Positions 1-10,922 of a stretch of DNA of 64,000 bases are shown here, in pieces. The stretch covers positions 416,001 to 480,000 of the forward strand of contig CBDESU010000001.1 in assembly GCA_965242695.1 (NCBI GenBank), written 5' to 3'. The stretch's first letter is position 1, and every line of letters begins with the position of its first letter. Below the pieces are notes generated by a model. That model was given only the letters and a program-made list of their open reading frames with translations, searched no databases and had not been told where the DNA came from. The stretch comes from Cenarchaeum sp. (lineage in GTDB: Archaea; Thermoproteota; Nitrososphaeria; Nitrososphaerales; Nitrosopumilaceae). The position numbers and the translations under genes are program-made.

Positions 1-32
1 TTGCGGCCCCTGCTGGCCCTCTTCAGCGGCAT
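1..32 (-). CDS. rps26e: 30S ribosomal protein S26e, 5' end only (runs off the window start)
   Basis: Reverse strand from ATG at 32 reads MPLKRASRGR, the N-terminus I recognise for thaumarchaeal S26e. TATA-like TTATAA at 63-68. Only 10 codons are visible. Confidence 0.7.
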   Translation of the reverse strand, partial: MPLKRASRGR

Positions 33-367
33 TACGCGACGGCGCCCCGCCCGCGCGCCCTCTTATAATGTGTGGGCCCCGCCCGCCCGCCTGCATCATG
101 CCGGGTCGGACTGGGCGCGGGCCTGCGCCGGCCCGGCCGCCGCGCAGGGCCCCTCCCTGCGCCCCTGCACGCCCCTGTGCAAAGACTTAACCGCATGCGG
201 CGCGCACCGTGGGCGGCTTGAGGGGACTGTGCCACAGGTGCCTCGCCTCGAACGTAGAGGTGTCCGTGCTGCGCGGCGTTGCCGTGTGCGCCGCATGCGC
301 GCCGGCCGAGGCCGGGGCCGCGCCGGGCACCAAAAAGCGATAAATCCGCCCCGCCGCGCCGCCGCGC

Positions 368-1279
368 GTGGCGGCGATAGCAGTGTACGGCCACTGCACG
401 ATGGACAGGATTGCGGTCGGCGGGGATGCCGTCGCCGGAGCCGACGCGCCGGGCGGCGCCGCATGCTACTGCGGCATCATGGCGGCCCGCCTCGGGTTTG
501 ACGCCGAGCTGCACACGCGGTACGGCCCGGACTTTCCTATGGATGCGCTCGAGGCTGCGGGCCGCGGCCGCATCCGCCTCGCCGGCGGCCCGGCCGCATC
601 CGCCTCGCAGTCGCCGACGACCCGATTCTCGATCGACATAGCGCCGGGCGGGGCCTCGCGCACGATCGTACTCGAGCGCGCATGCGACGAGGTGCGGCGC
701 GGCCCGTCTGCCGCCGACGGCTCAATCGTCAGCCCGCTGCTCGGCGAGGTCCCAGCCGCGATGCTCGCCGAGGTGCGCGACTCGGGCCGCCCCGTACTGG
801 TAGACGTGCAGGGGTTTGTGCGCCGAGCCGTGCAGGGGGGGACCGTCCGGCTCGAGCCGACCGAGATCGACCTCTCGGCCGCGGCGGCCGTAAAGGCCGG
901 CCGCGGCGAGCTAGAGTGCGTGTCGGGCGGCGCCTCGGGGCTAGACGGAATGCTCGCCGTCCAGAGGGCCGGCGCCGAGCGGATAGTCCACACGGACGGC
1001 GCGCATGTAATGATGCTCTCCGGCGACAGGCTGTACGAGCTGGACGTGCCCGTCAGGGGCGCCGCCGACACGACGGGAGCAGGCGACATCCTGTCTGCCG
1101 CGTTCCTGTGCACGCTCGTCCGCGAGGGCGACGACCTGTGGGCGCTGTGCTTTGGCGCCGGCGCGGCGCAGGCCGCGCTCGAGTCGGGGCGCGTCGGCAT
1201 CGACAAGGTCCCTGAAAGGGGCAAGGTCGAGTCGAACGCATCGTACTTTTACAACACGGTAAAGTTTCGCGGGGTGTGA
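368..1279 (+). CDS. PfkB/ribokinase-family carbohydrate kinase
   Basis: N-terminal G-H-x-x-x-D and PGG motifs; C-terminal DTTGAGD PfkB signature; GATAAAT upstream at ~339-345. Confidence 0.9.
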   Translation: MAAIAVYGHCTMDRIAVGGDAVAGADAPGGAACYCGIMAARLGFDAELHTRYGPDFPMDALEAAGRGRIRLAGGPAASASQSPTTRFSIDIAPGGASRTIVLERACDEVRRGPSAADGSIVSPLLGEVPAAMLAEVRDSGRPVLVDVQGFVRRAVQGGTVRLEPTEIDLSAAAAVKAGRGELECVSGGASGLDGMLAVQRAGAERIVHTDGAHVMMLSGDRLYELDVPVRGAADTTGAGDILSAAFLCTLVREGDDLWALCFGAGAAQAALESGRVGIDKVPERGKVESNASYFYNTVKFRGV

Positions 1280-1379
1280 GCGCCCTGCCGCCCTGCCGGC
1301 CGGCCCTGCGCGGCCTTGCGCGCGGCGGCGCCGTACGCCGCCTGCCACCCTTATAATTGGGCGCCGCCGCGGCGGCGCC

Positions 1380-2399
1380 GTGCTCGCCGGCATCTACGGC
1401 GGCGCCGCGGCCAAGGCGCCGGCCGTGCGCCGAATCAGGGACGTCCTGGACGAATCGGGGATCAGGGCGGTGTCGATCCCCGCAGGCAGGCCGCGGGCGG
1501 CCGCCTCGTCCGACGTCGATATAGTCATAGCCATGGGCGGCGACAGGGGCGTGCGGGGCTACTTCCACCGCGCCGTCGACCCGCCGCCGGCCCCCGTCCT
1601 GGGCCTCTCCGAGGCCGAGTCGAGCGGCTTTCTCGCGCAGGTCGACACGCGCGAGCTCGGCTCGTTCACCGGCCGGCTGCGCCGCGGCGACTATGCGGTC
1701 GAGGAGGTGCCGCGCCTCGGAGTTCGCATAGACGGCAAGGCGGTCCACCCCGTCCTCAACGACATCGCCGTGTTCCCGTCGCGCAGCGCGATGCTCATGG
1801 AGCACACCCTGCGCGTCGACGGCCGGGAGGTGTGGCACGACAGCAGCGACGGCATCATACTGTCGACGCCGATAGGATCGTCTGCGTACTCCATGTCCGC
1901 AGGCGGGCCGGTCATATTCCAAGAGTCGCGCGTGTTCGGCATAATCTCGGTCAACTCACTCGACGTGACGCGCCGGCCGCTGATCGTCCCGGACGGCAGC
2001 GCCATCGAGGTCGACGACGTCTCGTCGCGGCAGCACTGCGAGGCCGTGCTCGACGGGTCAGACCGCCTGTCGGTGACAAAGTCGGTCGACTGCACAAAGT
2101 CCGAGGCCGGCGCAAGGATAATCCGGATGAGGGAGGACCCGACGGCGATCTCGGCCCTTGCGCGCAAGGTGCACCTGGCAGGCGACCTGCTAAAGATGTC
2201 GCCGAGCTCGAAGCTCATCCTCAAGACGCTAGAGTACGAGGGGCCGCTCTCGCAGAGGGACCTCGCATCAAAGACGCTGCTGCCGGCAAGGACCGTGCGC
2301 CTGGCGCTGCGGCGCCTACAGGACGGGCGGTACGTCCGGCGCCGCGTGTCGGCGCGCGACGCGAGGCAGAAGATATACGAGATATCGAAGATTGCGTAG
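1380..2399 (+). CDS. NAD(+) kinase with C-terminal winged helix-turn-helix domain
   Basis: GGDRG, LND, DGIILSTPIGSSAYSMSAGGP NAD-kinase motifs; C-terminal SPSSKLILKTLEYEGPLSQRDLASKTLLPARTVRLAL HTH; TTATAA at 1351-1356. Confidence 0.92.
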   Translation: MLAGIYGGAAAKAPAVRRIRDVLDESGIRAVSIPAGRPRAAASSDVDIVIAMGGDRGVRGYFHRAVDPPPAPVLGLSEAESSGFLAQVDTRELGSFTGRLRRGDYAVEEVPRLGVRIDGKAVHPVLNDIAVFPSRSAMLMEHTLRVDGREVWHDSSDGIILSTPIGSSAYSMSAGGPVIFQESRVFGIISVNSLDVTRRPLIVPDGSAIEVDDVSSRQHCEAVLDGSDRLSVTKSVDCTKSEAGARIIRMREDPTAISALARKVHLAGDLLKMSPSSKLILKTLEYEGPLSQRDLASKTLLPARTVRLALRRLQDGRYVRRRVSARDARQKIYEISKIA

Positions 2400-2719
2400 C
2401 GCGCACTTGGCCGCAGGCGGCATCTAGATCCGTGCGATCCGACCGCCGCGCCCCGTGCCGGCCCGCGGCATCTCGACTGTCGGGCACTGACCGGGACGTG
2501 GCTCTGTCCGACCAAGCGGCCCTGTTCTCGACCGACCCGCCTGCGGCATCGCAATTTTGCGGCAGCTGCGCCGGCATCCCTCTTGTCTTTCGTGCGCCGC
2601 CGCAAAGTGCCACATGGCACACGCCTATTCCTTGCGTGCTTGTTTTTGTCCTGCCCGTCATACCTCCTTTTAATCCGCCGTGGGCGGCCGCAGGGCGCCT
2701 GCGTGGGACACCTGCGTGG

Positions 2720-3412
2720 ATGCCAATACCTCGGCGCACTCAAATAATGGGGCGGTCACCGCCCGGCGTGGTTAGCAAGGAAGATGTGGCCGCCAACAAG
2801 CTACGCCTCAGGAAGTCGAGAGATCTGATTGGGAGCCGTCCGTGTGTGGAAAGCACCGGCGACCACGAAAAGCCGGCCTCGTCCTGGCCCGACAAGGGCG
2901 CCGAGGGGGGCGCGGCCGAAGGCCGGCCGCGCCGCGGCCGATCATGGCACCTGCTCGGGAGCCGTCCGTATGTGGAAAGCACCGGCGACCACGAAAAGCC
3001 GGCCTCGTCCTGGCCCGACAAGGGCGCCGAGGGGGGCGCGGCCGAAGGCCGGCCGCGCCGCGGCCGATCATGGCACCTGCTCGGGAGCCGTCCGTATGTG
3101 GAAAGCACCGGCGACCACGAAAAGCCGGCCTCGTCCTGGCCCGACAAGGGCGCCGAGGGGGGCGCGGCCGAAGGCCGGCCGCGCCGCGGCCGATCATGGC
3201 ACCTGCTCGGGAGCCGTCCGTATGTGGAAAGCACCGGCGACCACGAAAAGCCGGCCTCGTCCTGGCCCGACAAGGGCGCCGAGGGGGGCGCGGCCGAAGG
3301 CCGGCCGCGCCGCGGCCGATCGTGGCACCTGCTCGGGAGCCGTCCGTATGTGGAAAGCGACGGCGACCGTGAACAGCCGGCATCGTCCTGCCCAAAGCGA
3401 AAACCGAACTGA
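2720..3412 (+). CDS. Hypothetical protein made mostly of 42-aa tandem repeats (start 2720 or 2747)
   Basis: 3' part of ORF 1316..3412; TTTTAA at ~2668-2673 upstream; repeat GSRPYVESTGDHEKPASSWPDKGAEGGAAEGRPRRGRSWHLL. Coding status uncertain because several frames are open. Confidence 0.4.
   Translation: MPIPRRTQIMGRSPPGVVSKEDVAANKLRLRKSRDLIGSRPCVESTGDHEKPASSWPDKGAEGGAAEGRPRRGRSWHLLGSRPYVESTGDHEKPASSWPDKGAEGGAAEGRPRRGRSWHLLGSRPYVESTGDHEKPASSWPDKGAEGGAAEGRPRRGRSWHLLGSRPYVESTGDHEKPASSWPDKGAEGGAAEGRPRRGRSWHLLGSRPYVESDGDREQPASSCPKRKPN
2831..3400. repeat. 126-bp tandem repeat, 4 near-identical copies plus a degenerate partial fifth
   Basis: Units begin gggagccgtccgt at 2831, 2957, 3083, 3209 and 3335; no unique spacers. 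Confidence 0.97.
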
Positions 3413-3766
3413 TGGCATGGGCAGAATGCGCGCTACGCGTTATGACTGCGGCACTGCTTCCTGCATGTCATAATGTGGTCGCGGAATATCCGGCACTTGC
3501 GAGCACGCAGTCCGACAGGGCGTGGTGTACCTGTGTCGCACACCCTCTTCCAGCCTGGCGGGGTGGGGCGATGGGCATGCCGCCGCGCCGGCTTGCCTGT
3601 AGATCGTGCACACACTGCCTGTCATGTGCCCTGCACTCGCTTTCGACCCTCACCATTAGTTCCGGCATGCAATACCGCGGCGAATCGCTAGTATGGTCCG
3701 TGCCGCAGCCTCTCGCGGTATCGGCCGAGGCGCACAGTGCATGTGCGCCAATTGAGGGGCGCGTGC

Positions 3767-5461
3767 CTACTGCCGCCCACCGGAGCGGGGCGCGCTGGAG
3801 TCGGCCTTTGCCCTTTCCCCTTGTCTGCCCGCCGCCGCGGCGCGTATGAACGCCTCGAACGCCGCCTCGGGGTAGCCGGGCCTGCTGCTGAACTCGGGGT
3901 GGAACTGCACGCCGACGAAGAACGGGTGCGACGGTATCTCGAGTATCTCCATCATCGCGCCGCCGCCGCCCGACTCTGCCGTCTCCCCCGTAAAGGCCAT
4001 GCCGGCATCCTCGAAGCGCTTCCTGTACCCGTTGTTGAACTCGTACCGGTGGCGGTGCCTGCGCGATATCTCGCCGGCCCCGTACATGCGGGCCGCGGCC
4101 GAGCCGGTGGCGAGCCGTATCCTTGATGCGCCGAGCCGCAGCGAGCCGCCCATGTCGCCGCCGTCGCGCTGCCCCTCCAGCAGGTCGACTACGGGATCGC
4201 GCGCATCCCTGTCGATCTCGGTCGTGTCGGCCCCCTCCAGCCCTAGAACGGACCGTGCGAATGCGACGGCGGCCAGCTGGAACCCGAAGCATATGCCAAG
4301 GTACGGCACGCGCGACTCCCTTGCATAGTCGGCCGCGGCAATGATGCCGGCGGCCCCCCTCGTGCCGAACCCGCCGGGCACGAGTATCCCGTCGTACCCC
4401 GACAGGGCCGCGCCCGTCCCGAGCGGGTCGACGAGCTCCGAGTCGAGCCAGTCGATCTCGACCGGCACGCCTGCCCCAGCCCCGGCGTGGGACAGGGCGT
4501 GGTTGACGCTCACGTAGCTGTCCGCGAGCGTCACGTACTTGCCGACCATGGCGATCTTGACGGGGGCCGGCACCCCCTCGCCCCCTGCAGCGGCTGCCGC
4601 CGAGCCGACTATCGCATCCCACTCGTCCCAGTGCGCCGACGTGTCGACGAGCCCGAATATGCCGAACTTTGCGAGCAGCGAAGAGACTATTCCCTGGCCG
4701 TGGAGCATCCTCGGCACCTCGAATATCGACCTCGCGTCGTGGCACGACAGGACGTCGTCGGGCGCGACGTTCGTGAACATCGACATCTTTTCCCTCGTCC
4801 TCGGCTCCAGCTGCGCCGAGCACCTCACGGCAAGGTAGTCCGGCTGTATGCCGATCCTCCTGAGCTCCTGCACGCTGTGCTGCGTCGGCTTTGTCTTCTG
4901 CTCGCCTACGACGTCAAGGGACGGCGCGAGCGTGACGTGGACGAACGCGACGCCGTCGGGCCCCTCCTCGGCCCTCATCTGCCTGAGCGCCTCCAGGAAC
5001 GGCAGGCTCTCGATGTCGCCCACGGTCCCGCCGCACTCGACGACGAGCATGTCGAGGCGCTCGCCGTCCGCTATGCGGCGTATCCTGGCCTTTATCTCGT
5101 CGGTCACGTGGGGTATGATCTGCACGCATGCGCCGAGGTACTTGCCGCGCCTCTCGGACTCGATCACCGAAGAGTAGACCTGCGCGGTCGTAATGTTGTG
5201 GTCCCTCGTCATGTTCTGGTTGAGGAACCTCTCGTAGTTGCCGACGTCCATGTCGCACTCGCCGCCGTCCTCGGTGACGAACACCTCGCCGTGCGCGACG
5301 GGGTTCATCGTGCCCGCGTCGTAGTTGAGGTAGGGGTCTATCTTGACGCACGACGTCCTCTGGCCGGACAGCTGGAGGAGCTTTGCAATCGACGACGTAA
5401 CGACGCCCTTGCCGAGGCCGGACATTACGCCTCCCGTCACGAAGACGTACCGCGTCCGCAC
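3767..5461 (-). CDS. pyrG: CTP synthase
   Basis: [48 protein letters not shown], glutaminase GICFG, RHRHRYE, QFHPEF. Confidence 0.99.
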   Translation of the reverse strand: MRTRYVFVTGGVMSGLGKGVVTSSIAKLLQLSGQRTSCVKIDPYLNYDAGTMNPVAHGEVFVTEDGGECDMDVGNYERFLNQNMTRDHNITTAQVYSSVIESERRGKYLGACVQIIPHVTDEIKARIRRIADGERLDMLVVECGGTVGDIESLPFLEALRQMRAEEGPDGVAFVHVTLAPSLDVVGEQKTKPTQHSVQELRRIGIQPDYLAVRCSAQLEPRTREKMSMFTNVAPDDVLSCHDARSIFEVPRMLHGQGIVSSLLAKFGIFGLVDTSAHWDEWDAIVGSAAAAAGGEGVPAPVKIAMVGKYVTLADSYVSVNHALSHAGAGAGVPVEIDWLDSELVDPLGTGAALSGYDGILVPGGFGTRGAAGIIAAADYARESRVPYLGICFGFQLAAVAFARSVLGLEGADTTEIDRDARDPVVDLLEGQRDGGDMGGSLRLGASRIRLATGSAAARMYGAGEISRRHRHRYEFNNGYRKRFEDAGMAFTGETAESGGGGAMMEILEIPSHPFFVGVQFHPEFSSRPGYPEAAFEAFIRAAAAGRQGERAKADSSAPRSGGRQ

Positions 5462-5906
5462 ATTGCGCGGGCCGCCTGCGAGCTTTTAACCGTTTGGCGC
5501 CGGCCCGGAGCCCCCGTCGGCATGAGCTCAGGTCCCCCCCATCCGCATGCCCCTCCCTAGGCGTGCCGCCGCCCCTCTGCCTAGTGCGCATGCCAGGGCA
5601 TGGCCCGTTCCGCCGGCATCTTGAGGCCGCGTGACGGCGGCCATGTGGCCGCGCGGCCCCCGAGCCGGCGTTCTTGAGCCTGCTGCCGCTGCTGCCGGCA
5701 GGAGCCGCGCACGGCGGCGGCCATGTGGCCGCGCGCGGCCGCCCTCGGCGGCGCCTCCCGGGAAGGCAAGTCACAGGTTTTTTACAAGATTGTTAAGAAT
5801 TGTTTACACGGCAGATGATAAGCGGAGCGCGGCCGGACGGGTCGAGAGGGGGAGAGAGGCGGGCGTGCCACATGTCGACAAGGACGGCGGGAGGAGCATA
5901 GACGTC

Positions 5907-8483
5907 ATGTGCGCCTGCTGCCCTGCCGTCACCCGGATACGGCTCGAGCCGGATGCGCATGGGAGGGAAAAGGCCCTGCTGCGCGCCGAGATCGCAAGTC
6001 TGATCCGCCTGGTCCACAGGCTCAAGGCAGAGTTTGAGGACTACAAGGTCCGGGCGGACATTGCCAGGACGGAAGATGCAGGCAGGTTCATGGAGATGGC
6101 CGTCGAGATCTCGAAGGCCGGCGCCGAGCACCTGCGCACGGCAGACGACATGTCGCGGGATCTCGACGCGATCAAGTGGCAGATCGACGCCATAAAGGGC
6201 AACCACAACCCCAAGGACCTTGCCAAGCTGGCCGAGCTGGAGGCGCTGGTGCGCAAGCTCAAGAAGAGGCTCGAGTACTACGAGACGCCCAACAGCCGGC
6301 GCGGCATGCCGTCCCTGTACAACCCGCTGGCCAAGGCGTTCGACAGGGAGCAGGCAGAGTCGTGCGGGCGCCCCAGGCCCGATGCGGCGCTGGGCCCTCC
6401 CATGGGCCACCCCGGCGCCTCGCACCGCCTAAAGCCCGAAAAGGTCGTCCGCTACCCCATCTTCGAGTGCCTGCACTGCGGCCGCGCCACGTACGCCCAC
6501 CAGGCCAAGCAGCCCGAGTCGAAGACGTTCGTCGAGATCGGCGAGGACGACGGGCGCGTCCACGTGTGGCAGCTGATCGTCTGCAGGTTGTGGTGCTCAA
6601 AGTGCCACGAGTGGTCGCGCGCGCCGGACGCGCCGGACCTGAAGGGCACCTGGTTCGGCCCCGTCATGCTCTCAAAGATGCTCGTCCTGTACGCGCTTGC
6701 CGCGACGGACCGCAAGCTGTCGCGCTACCTGGAGAGCCTGCTCGGGACGTCGGCGTGCGCCTCGGCGCTGTGGAACGGGCGCAGGGCGGCCGCGCGCATC
6801 CTCGAGCCGTTCATGAAGCACCTTGAAAGGCTGCTCACGTCCACGGGATGGGGCCACTTTGACGAGACGACGATGCGCATGTTCGGCAGGCAGGGCTACC
6901 TGTGGCTGCTCACGGTGGCGTGCGCGGCCATGGTCGTGGCGCGCCCCTCGCGCGGCAAGGGCATATTCGACGAGGAGTTTGCGTTCGCGCGCCAGCTGGC
7001 AGGCGTCGTCGACGGCTACAAGGTGTACGAGATCATCCTCGGCGAGATCCAGCGGTGCTGGCGCCATGTCATCAACAACTTCAAGAAGGCCGCCATCGTG
7101 AGCGACGATCCCGCCGTCAGGTTGGCGTACCACGAGTTCTGCTCCCTGTACGAGCGCGTAAGCGGGATGGACACGGCGCCCGAGGAGGAGCGCGACTCCA
7201 TAGTCCAGAGGGCGCTGGCCATAGCGGGGCGCCTGCCAAAGGGCCACCCGTCGCGCGTCGAGATAGAGAACGCGGCCAAGAACTTGGTCACGTTCCTGAT
7301 GTTCAAGGACATGCCGCCGACGAACAACCCCGGCGAGAGCGACGTGCGGCGCGTGCCCGTCGCGCAGCGCAACGTGCGCTACCAGCTCCGCACCGTCGAG
7401 GGGGCAAGGGTGTTCTCGGTCATACTCTCGTTCATACTCACGTGCGACAAGCAGGGCATTCCGCTCGACGAGGCGTTCGTCGCGCTCGCCCGCGGCGCCG
7501 ACCCGGCCGACATATTCAAGGTCGGGCAGGTCGCGCCGAACCGGTGGGGTGGCGCCGGGAAGCCAGCAAGGCCTGGGAGGGGCCCCCTCGACGGCCCGAT
7601 GCCGCCCGAGTGCATCGCGGCGGCCCGGGCGGGCGGCGGCAGCGGGGGTAAAGGGGCGGCCGCGGATGCCGCGGCCGCGGATGCGAGCATCAGGGCGGCC
7701 GCGGAGGCGGCCAGGGCCGTGGAGGCCGCGGCCGCGGATGCGAGCATCAGGGCGGCCGCGGAGGCGGCCAGGGCCGTGGAGGCCGCGGCCGCGGATGCGA
7801 GCATCAGGGCGGCCGCGGAGGCGGCCAGGGCCGTGGAGGCCGCGGCCGCGGATGCGAGCATCAGGGCGGCCGCGGAGGCGGCCAGGGCCGTGGAGGCCGC
7901 GGCCGCGGATGCGAGCATCAGGGCGGCCGCGGAGGCGAGCATCAGGGCGGCCGCGGAGGCGGCCAGGGCCGTGGAGGCCGCGGCCGCGGATGCGAGCATC
8001 AGGGCGGCCGCGGAGGCGGCCAGGGCCGTGGAGGCCGCGGCCGCGGATGCGAGGATCCAAGAGGCCGTGGCCGTTGCAATCGCCCTGCATGCCCGGCAGT
8101 CCCCGCAAGCCCCTCGAGTAATGCCACGAACGGCATCGCAAGCCCACTGGAGCAGGGCCGCTCCGTCCCAGGCAGCTCCATCGATCCGCCTCCGCGCCGA
8201 CAGCCGCCGGTCGATGCCGCGATTGCTGCGTGCGCCGCGTCCTGCACCCGCCAGGCTGCGGCACCCTCCGAAGCCTCCACCGCCGAGCATGCGGCGATGC
8301 GGCACCCCGCAGAGGCGAAGGCGAAGGCCTGGCAACTGGCATGTGCCGATCAAGCCGTCCGTACCGCCCCCCTGCAAGTCCGATGACCCGGAAGTCCGGG
8401 TTCATGGCGCCAAGACGACTCGGCTAGACCTGCCGCAGTACCAGGGGACGGGGGTCCACGACCCGTCCCCGACTGGGGTTTGA
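5907..8483 (+). mobile_element. IS66-family DDE transposase with long low-complexity C-terminal extension (start uncertain, 5865-5907)
   Basis: Coiled coil followed by PNS...PS, GHPG, zinc ribbon CLHC...CSKC, HFDET, YLW, VDGYKVY, QRCWRH, PPTNNPGESDVR: IS66 TnpC pattern. Terminal inverted repeats not identified. Confidence 0.88.
7668..8055 (+). repeat. 57-bp in-frame tandem repeat (AAAADASIRAAAEAARAVE), about 6 copies, one with an internal partial duplication
   Basis: Repeated gccgcggccgcggatgcgagcatcagggcggccgcggaggcggccagggccgtggag within the transposase ORF. Confidence 0.95.
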
Positions 8484-8751
8484 CCGATCCGCCAAACGCC
8501 CATTCCTAGCCGTCGTTTCCGCTGCCAAACAGCCGCCATCAAGCATCATGCTGGCGCAGAACGACGCCCAGGCCGGCGCCGTGCGGCGCCGCCAGCCCAT
8601 GTCCGTCGGCAGTGTGTCCGCATCCGGCCCCTCCTGCACCGCCCTCATGCAAACCACTCGGCGATCGCCCGGCATTGCCTGTCGTCCTAGACGGAACGCA
8701 TGCCATGCGGTACGCCGCCAAGATGCCGGCAGGTCCACGCCGGCCTAGGCG

Positions 8752-9144
8752 TCACACAGGTAGGGGACCTGAGCTCATGCCCCCGTCGGGGCGCCGGCCG
8801 CGCGAGTCGAGCGACATGACGGCGCGCTCGACGAGGGCCGAGGCGCCGAGGTGCCCGACAAGGAACCTGCCTGCATCCTCGAGCGCGCCGCGCCCCCTGT
8901 ACCCCTCGTCGTAGGCAAGCTCGGCCGTGCCGGCGTCGGTCTCGACCACGGCCGTTATGAGCGAGTACGGGCCGCGCGGCCCGCCCGCACGCTCGACGTA
9001 CTCGCACAGTCGTATGGCCGTGACGGTGCGGCCGCGCGCGCGCACCGTCCCCCTGCCGCCCCCGCGCGCCGGCAGCACATCGAACACGCCGTCGGGCCGC
9101 CTGCCGGCGATCCTGCCGGGCGGCACATCCGAGACTCTGATCAC
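8752..9144 (-). CDS. Conserved hypothetical protein (130 aa)
   Basis: Globular-looking sequence (RLCEYVE...GPYSLITAVVETDAG...YDEGYRG); divergent from the dys gene across a shared AT-rich tract. Confidence 0.7.
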   Translation of the reverse strand: MIRVSDVPPGRIAGRRPDGVFDVLPARGGGRGTVRARGRTVTAIRLCEYVERAGGPRGPYSLITAVVETDAGTAELAYDEGYRGRGALEDAGRFLVGHLGASALVERAVMSLDSRGRRPDGGMSSGPLPV

Positions 9145-9159
9145 GCAGCGGGCAACGAG

Positions 9160-9170
9160 TTAATAGTATA
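9160..9170. promoter_or_regulatory. AT-rich tract, probable bidirectional TATA region
   Basis: TTAATAGTATA is the only AT-rich patch in the 43 bp between two divergent GTG starts (9144 on -, 9188 on +). Confidence 0.55.
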
Positions 9171-9187
9171 GGTGCGTTTGCCCGCCC

Positions 9188-10420
9188 GTGAAGCGCAGCC
9201 CGCCGGCCCGGCAGGCGCGGGGCGGGGTGCACGGCGGCGACGCGCGCCACTCGTTCACCGGCAGCGACATTCCGCGCATGCGCCTCGGCAGGGGCACCTC
9301 CGTTACCGACCTGCTCGACATGTACGCGCGCACGGGGTACAACGGCAGGCGCCTGGGCGAGGCGGCCCGGATGTTTGCGAGGATGATAGACGAGGGCGCC
9401 ACCGTGTGCCTTACGGTCTCGGGCGCCCTCACGCCGGTCGGGTTCGGCGGCATCTTCCAGGACCTCATCGAGCGCGGCTTTGTCGACTGGATCGTCGCGA
9501 CGGGGGCCAACGTGTACCACGAGGACCACTTTGCGTGGGGCCTGCCCGTCCGCCAGGGCAGCTCGGACGCCGACGATGCCGTCCTGTACGACCGCGAGAT
9601 CGTCCGCATACGCGACGTCTACATAAAGTTCTACGAGACGCTAGAGGCCGAGGACCAGATAGTCCAGAGGGCGTTCCGCGACCGCTTGGCCGACGGCGAG
9701 CCGTTCACGACCGCCGAGTTCTGCAACGCGCTCGGCGAGGTCTCGCGGCGGCACGCGCCGCACCCCGAGAACAGCTTCGTGGCCGCCGCGCACCGGTACG
9801 ACGTGCCGGTCTACATCTCGACGCTAAAGGACTCTTCGCTCGCGCTGAACCTTGCCGTGCACCGCCTGCGCGGCAAGGTGTACGGCGTCGACGTGGCGCG
9901 CGAGGTGCTAGAGCAGGCCGCGATAGTCCACTCCTCGAAGAGCTCGGGAATACTAGAGCTCGGCGGCGGCGTGCCAAAGAACACCGCGCAGCAGACGGGG
10001 CCGCTGCTCGACCAGATACTGCGGCGCGGGCACGGCGGCCAGGACTATATCGTCCAGGTCACCGACGCGCGGCCCGACACGGGCGGGCTGTCGGGGGCGA
10101 CCCTGGAGGAGGGCAAGAGCTGGGGCAAGGTGCGCGATGCGCGCGGCGGGACGGTGACGGTGTACGCCGATGCGACGGTGGCGTTTCCCCTGCTCGCGCT
10201 GTACGCGATAAGAAAGTGCAGGCGCCGCCGGCCCAAGCGCCTGTACAGGCACGTCCGTGGCATGTACGACCGGCTCAGGGACGACTACTTCAAGGATCCC
10301 GACGAGTTTTACGGCCTGCTCGACGACTCGTACCGGCCGACGGCGGCCGGGGCCGCGGCCCGCCTGGCCCGGGGGCGGCGGAAAAAGGCGGGGGCGGCGG
10401 TGCGCGCGCCGGCTATCTAG
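9188..10420 (+). CDS. dys: Deoxyhypusine synthase family protein (DHS / homospermidine synthesis-like)
   Basis: SGALTPVG, TGANVYHE, GGGVPKN, DTGGLSGATLEEGKSWGK, ADATVAFPLL motifs. Confidence 0.93.
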   Translation: MKRSPPARQARGGVHGGDARHSFTGSDIPRMRLGRGTSVTDLLDMYARTGYNGRRLGEAARMFARMIDEGATVCLTVSGALTPVGFGGIFQDLIERGFVDWIVATGANVYHEDHFAWGLPVRQGSSDADDAVLYDREIVRIRDVYIKFYETLEAEDQIVQRAFRDRLADGEPFTTAEFCNALGEVSRRHAPHPENSFVAAAHRYDVPVYISTLKDSSLALNLAVHRLRGKVYGVDVAREVLEQAAIVHSSKSSGILELGGGVPKNTAQQTGPLLDQILRRGHGGQDYIVQVTDARPDTGGLSGATLEEGKSWGKVRDARGGTVTVYADATVAFPLLALYAIRKCRRRRPKRLYRHVRGMYDRLRDDYFKDPDEFYGLLDDSYRPTAAGAAARLARGRRKKAGAAVRAPAI

Positions 10421-10424
10421 GTGC

Positions 10425-10637
10425 TTATCCCCTGTCGTACCTTGCGCGCTCCAGGTCGCGATCGCCCCTTGTCTCCTTTTTCCACTCCCTGTAGTGGGTC
10501 CTGCACAGGACGGCCTTCTTGGCCGACGTGGACAGGTCCATCCCGGCATCGTCGACCTTGCGCGCGTTGAGAGACCTGACGCCGTCGTTGTCGCACCCGG
10601 ACACGTCGCACTTTGCGCCCCTTGCTATGACGCCCAT
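10425..10637 (-). CDS. Small Cys/His-containing conserved hypothetical protein (70 aa), possible zinc binder
   Basis: C-x4-C ... C-x2-H pattern (CDVSGC, LCRTHY); TTAAATA on the - strand at ~10659-10665. Confidence 0.75.
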   Translation of the reverse strand: MGVIARGAKCDVSGCDNDGVRSLNARKVDDAGMDLSTSAKKAVLCRTHYREWKKETRGDRDLERARYDRG

Positions 10638-10922
10638 GGCACGGGTGCCGACGGGCCGTATTTAAGTCGGGCGTGCGCGTCGCACCCTTGGGCGCAGCGC
10701 TCCGGCCGGCAGCGGAATGCGTGCATGCGGATGCCGCGTGCAGGCCGGGGCGCGCGGCGGCGCAAATGGCGGCGCGCGCCGCCGCAGGCTGCGCAATGGG
10801 CGCAGGATCGGAATCGACCGGCGGCGGTGGGGCGCAGGCCGCCCTGGATGCGGCGGCACAAGGTGCGAACGGCAGAGGGCTTGGCTGGCTGCCCGCGGCC
10901 CGCGGCGAGCGGCGCCCTGGGA

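Noticed and set aside
1316-2719. 5' part of the 698-aa ORF 1316..3412
   Set aside because: Off-frame overlap with the NAD kinase; only the part after ~2720 is plausibly coding.
2831-3400. Possible CRISPR array
   Set aside because: Units are 126 bp and identical end to end with no unique spacers; no cas genes in the window.
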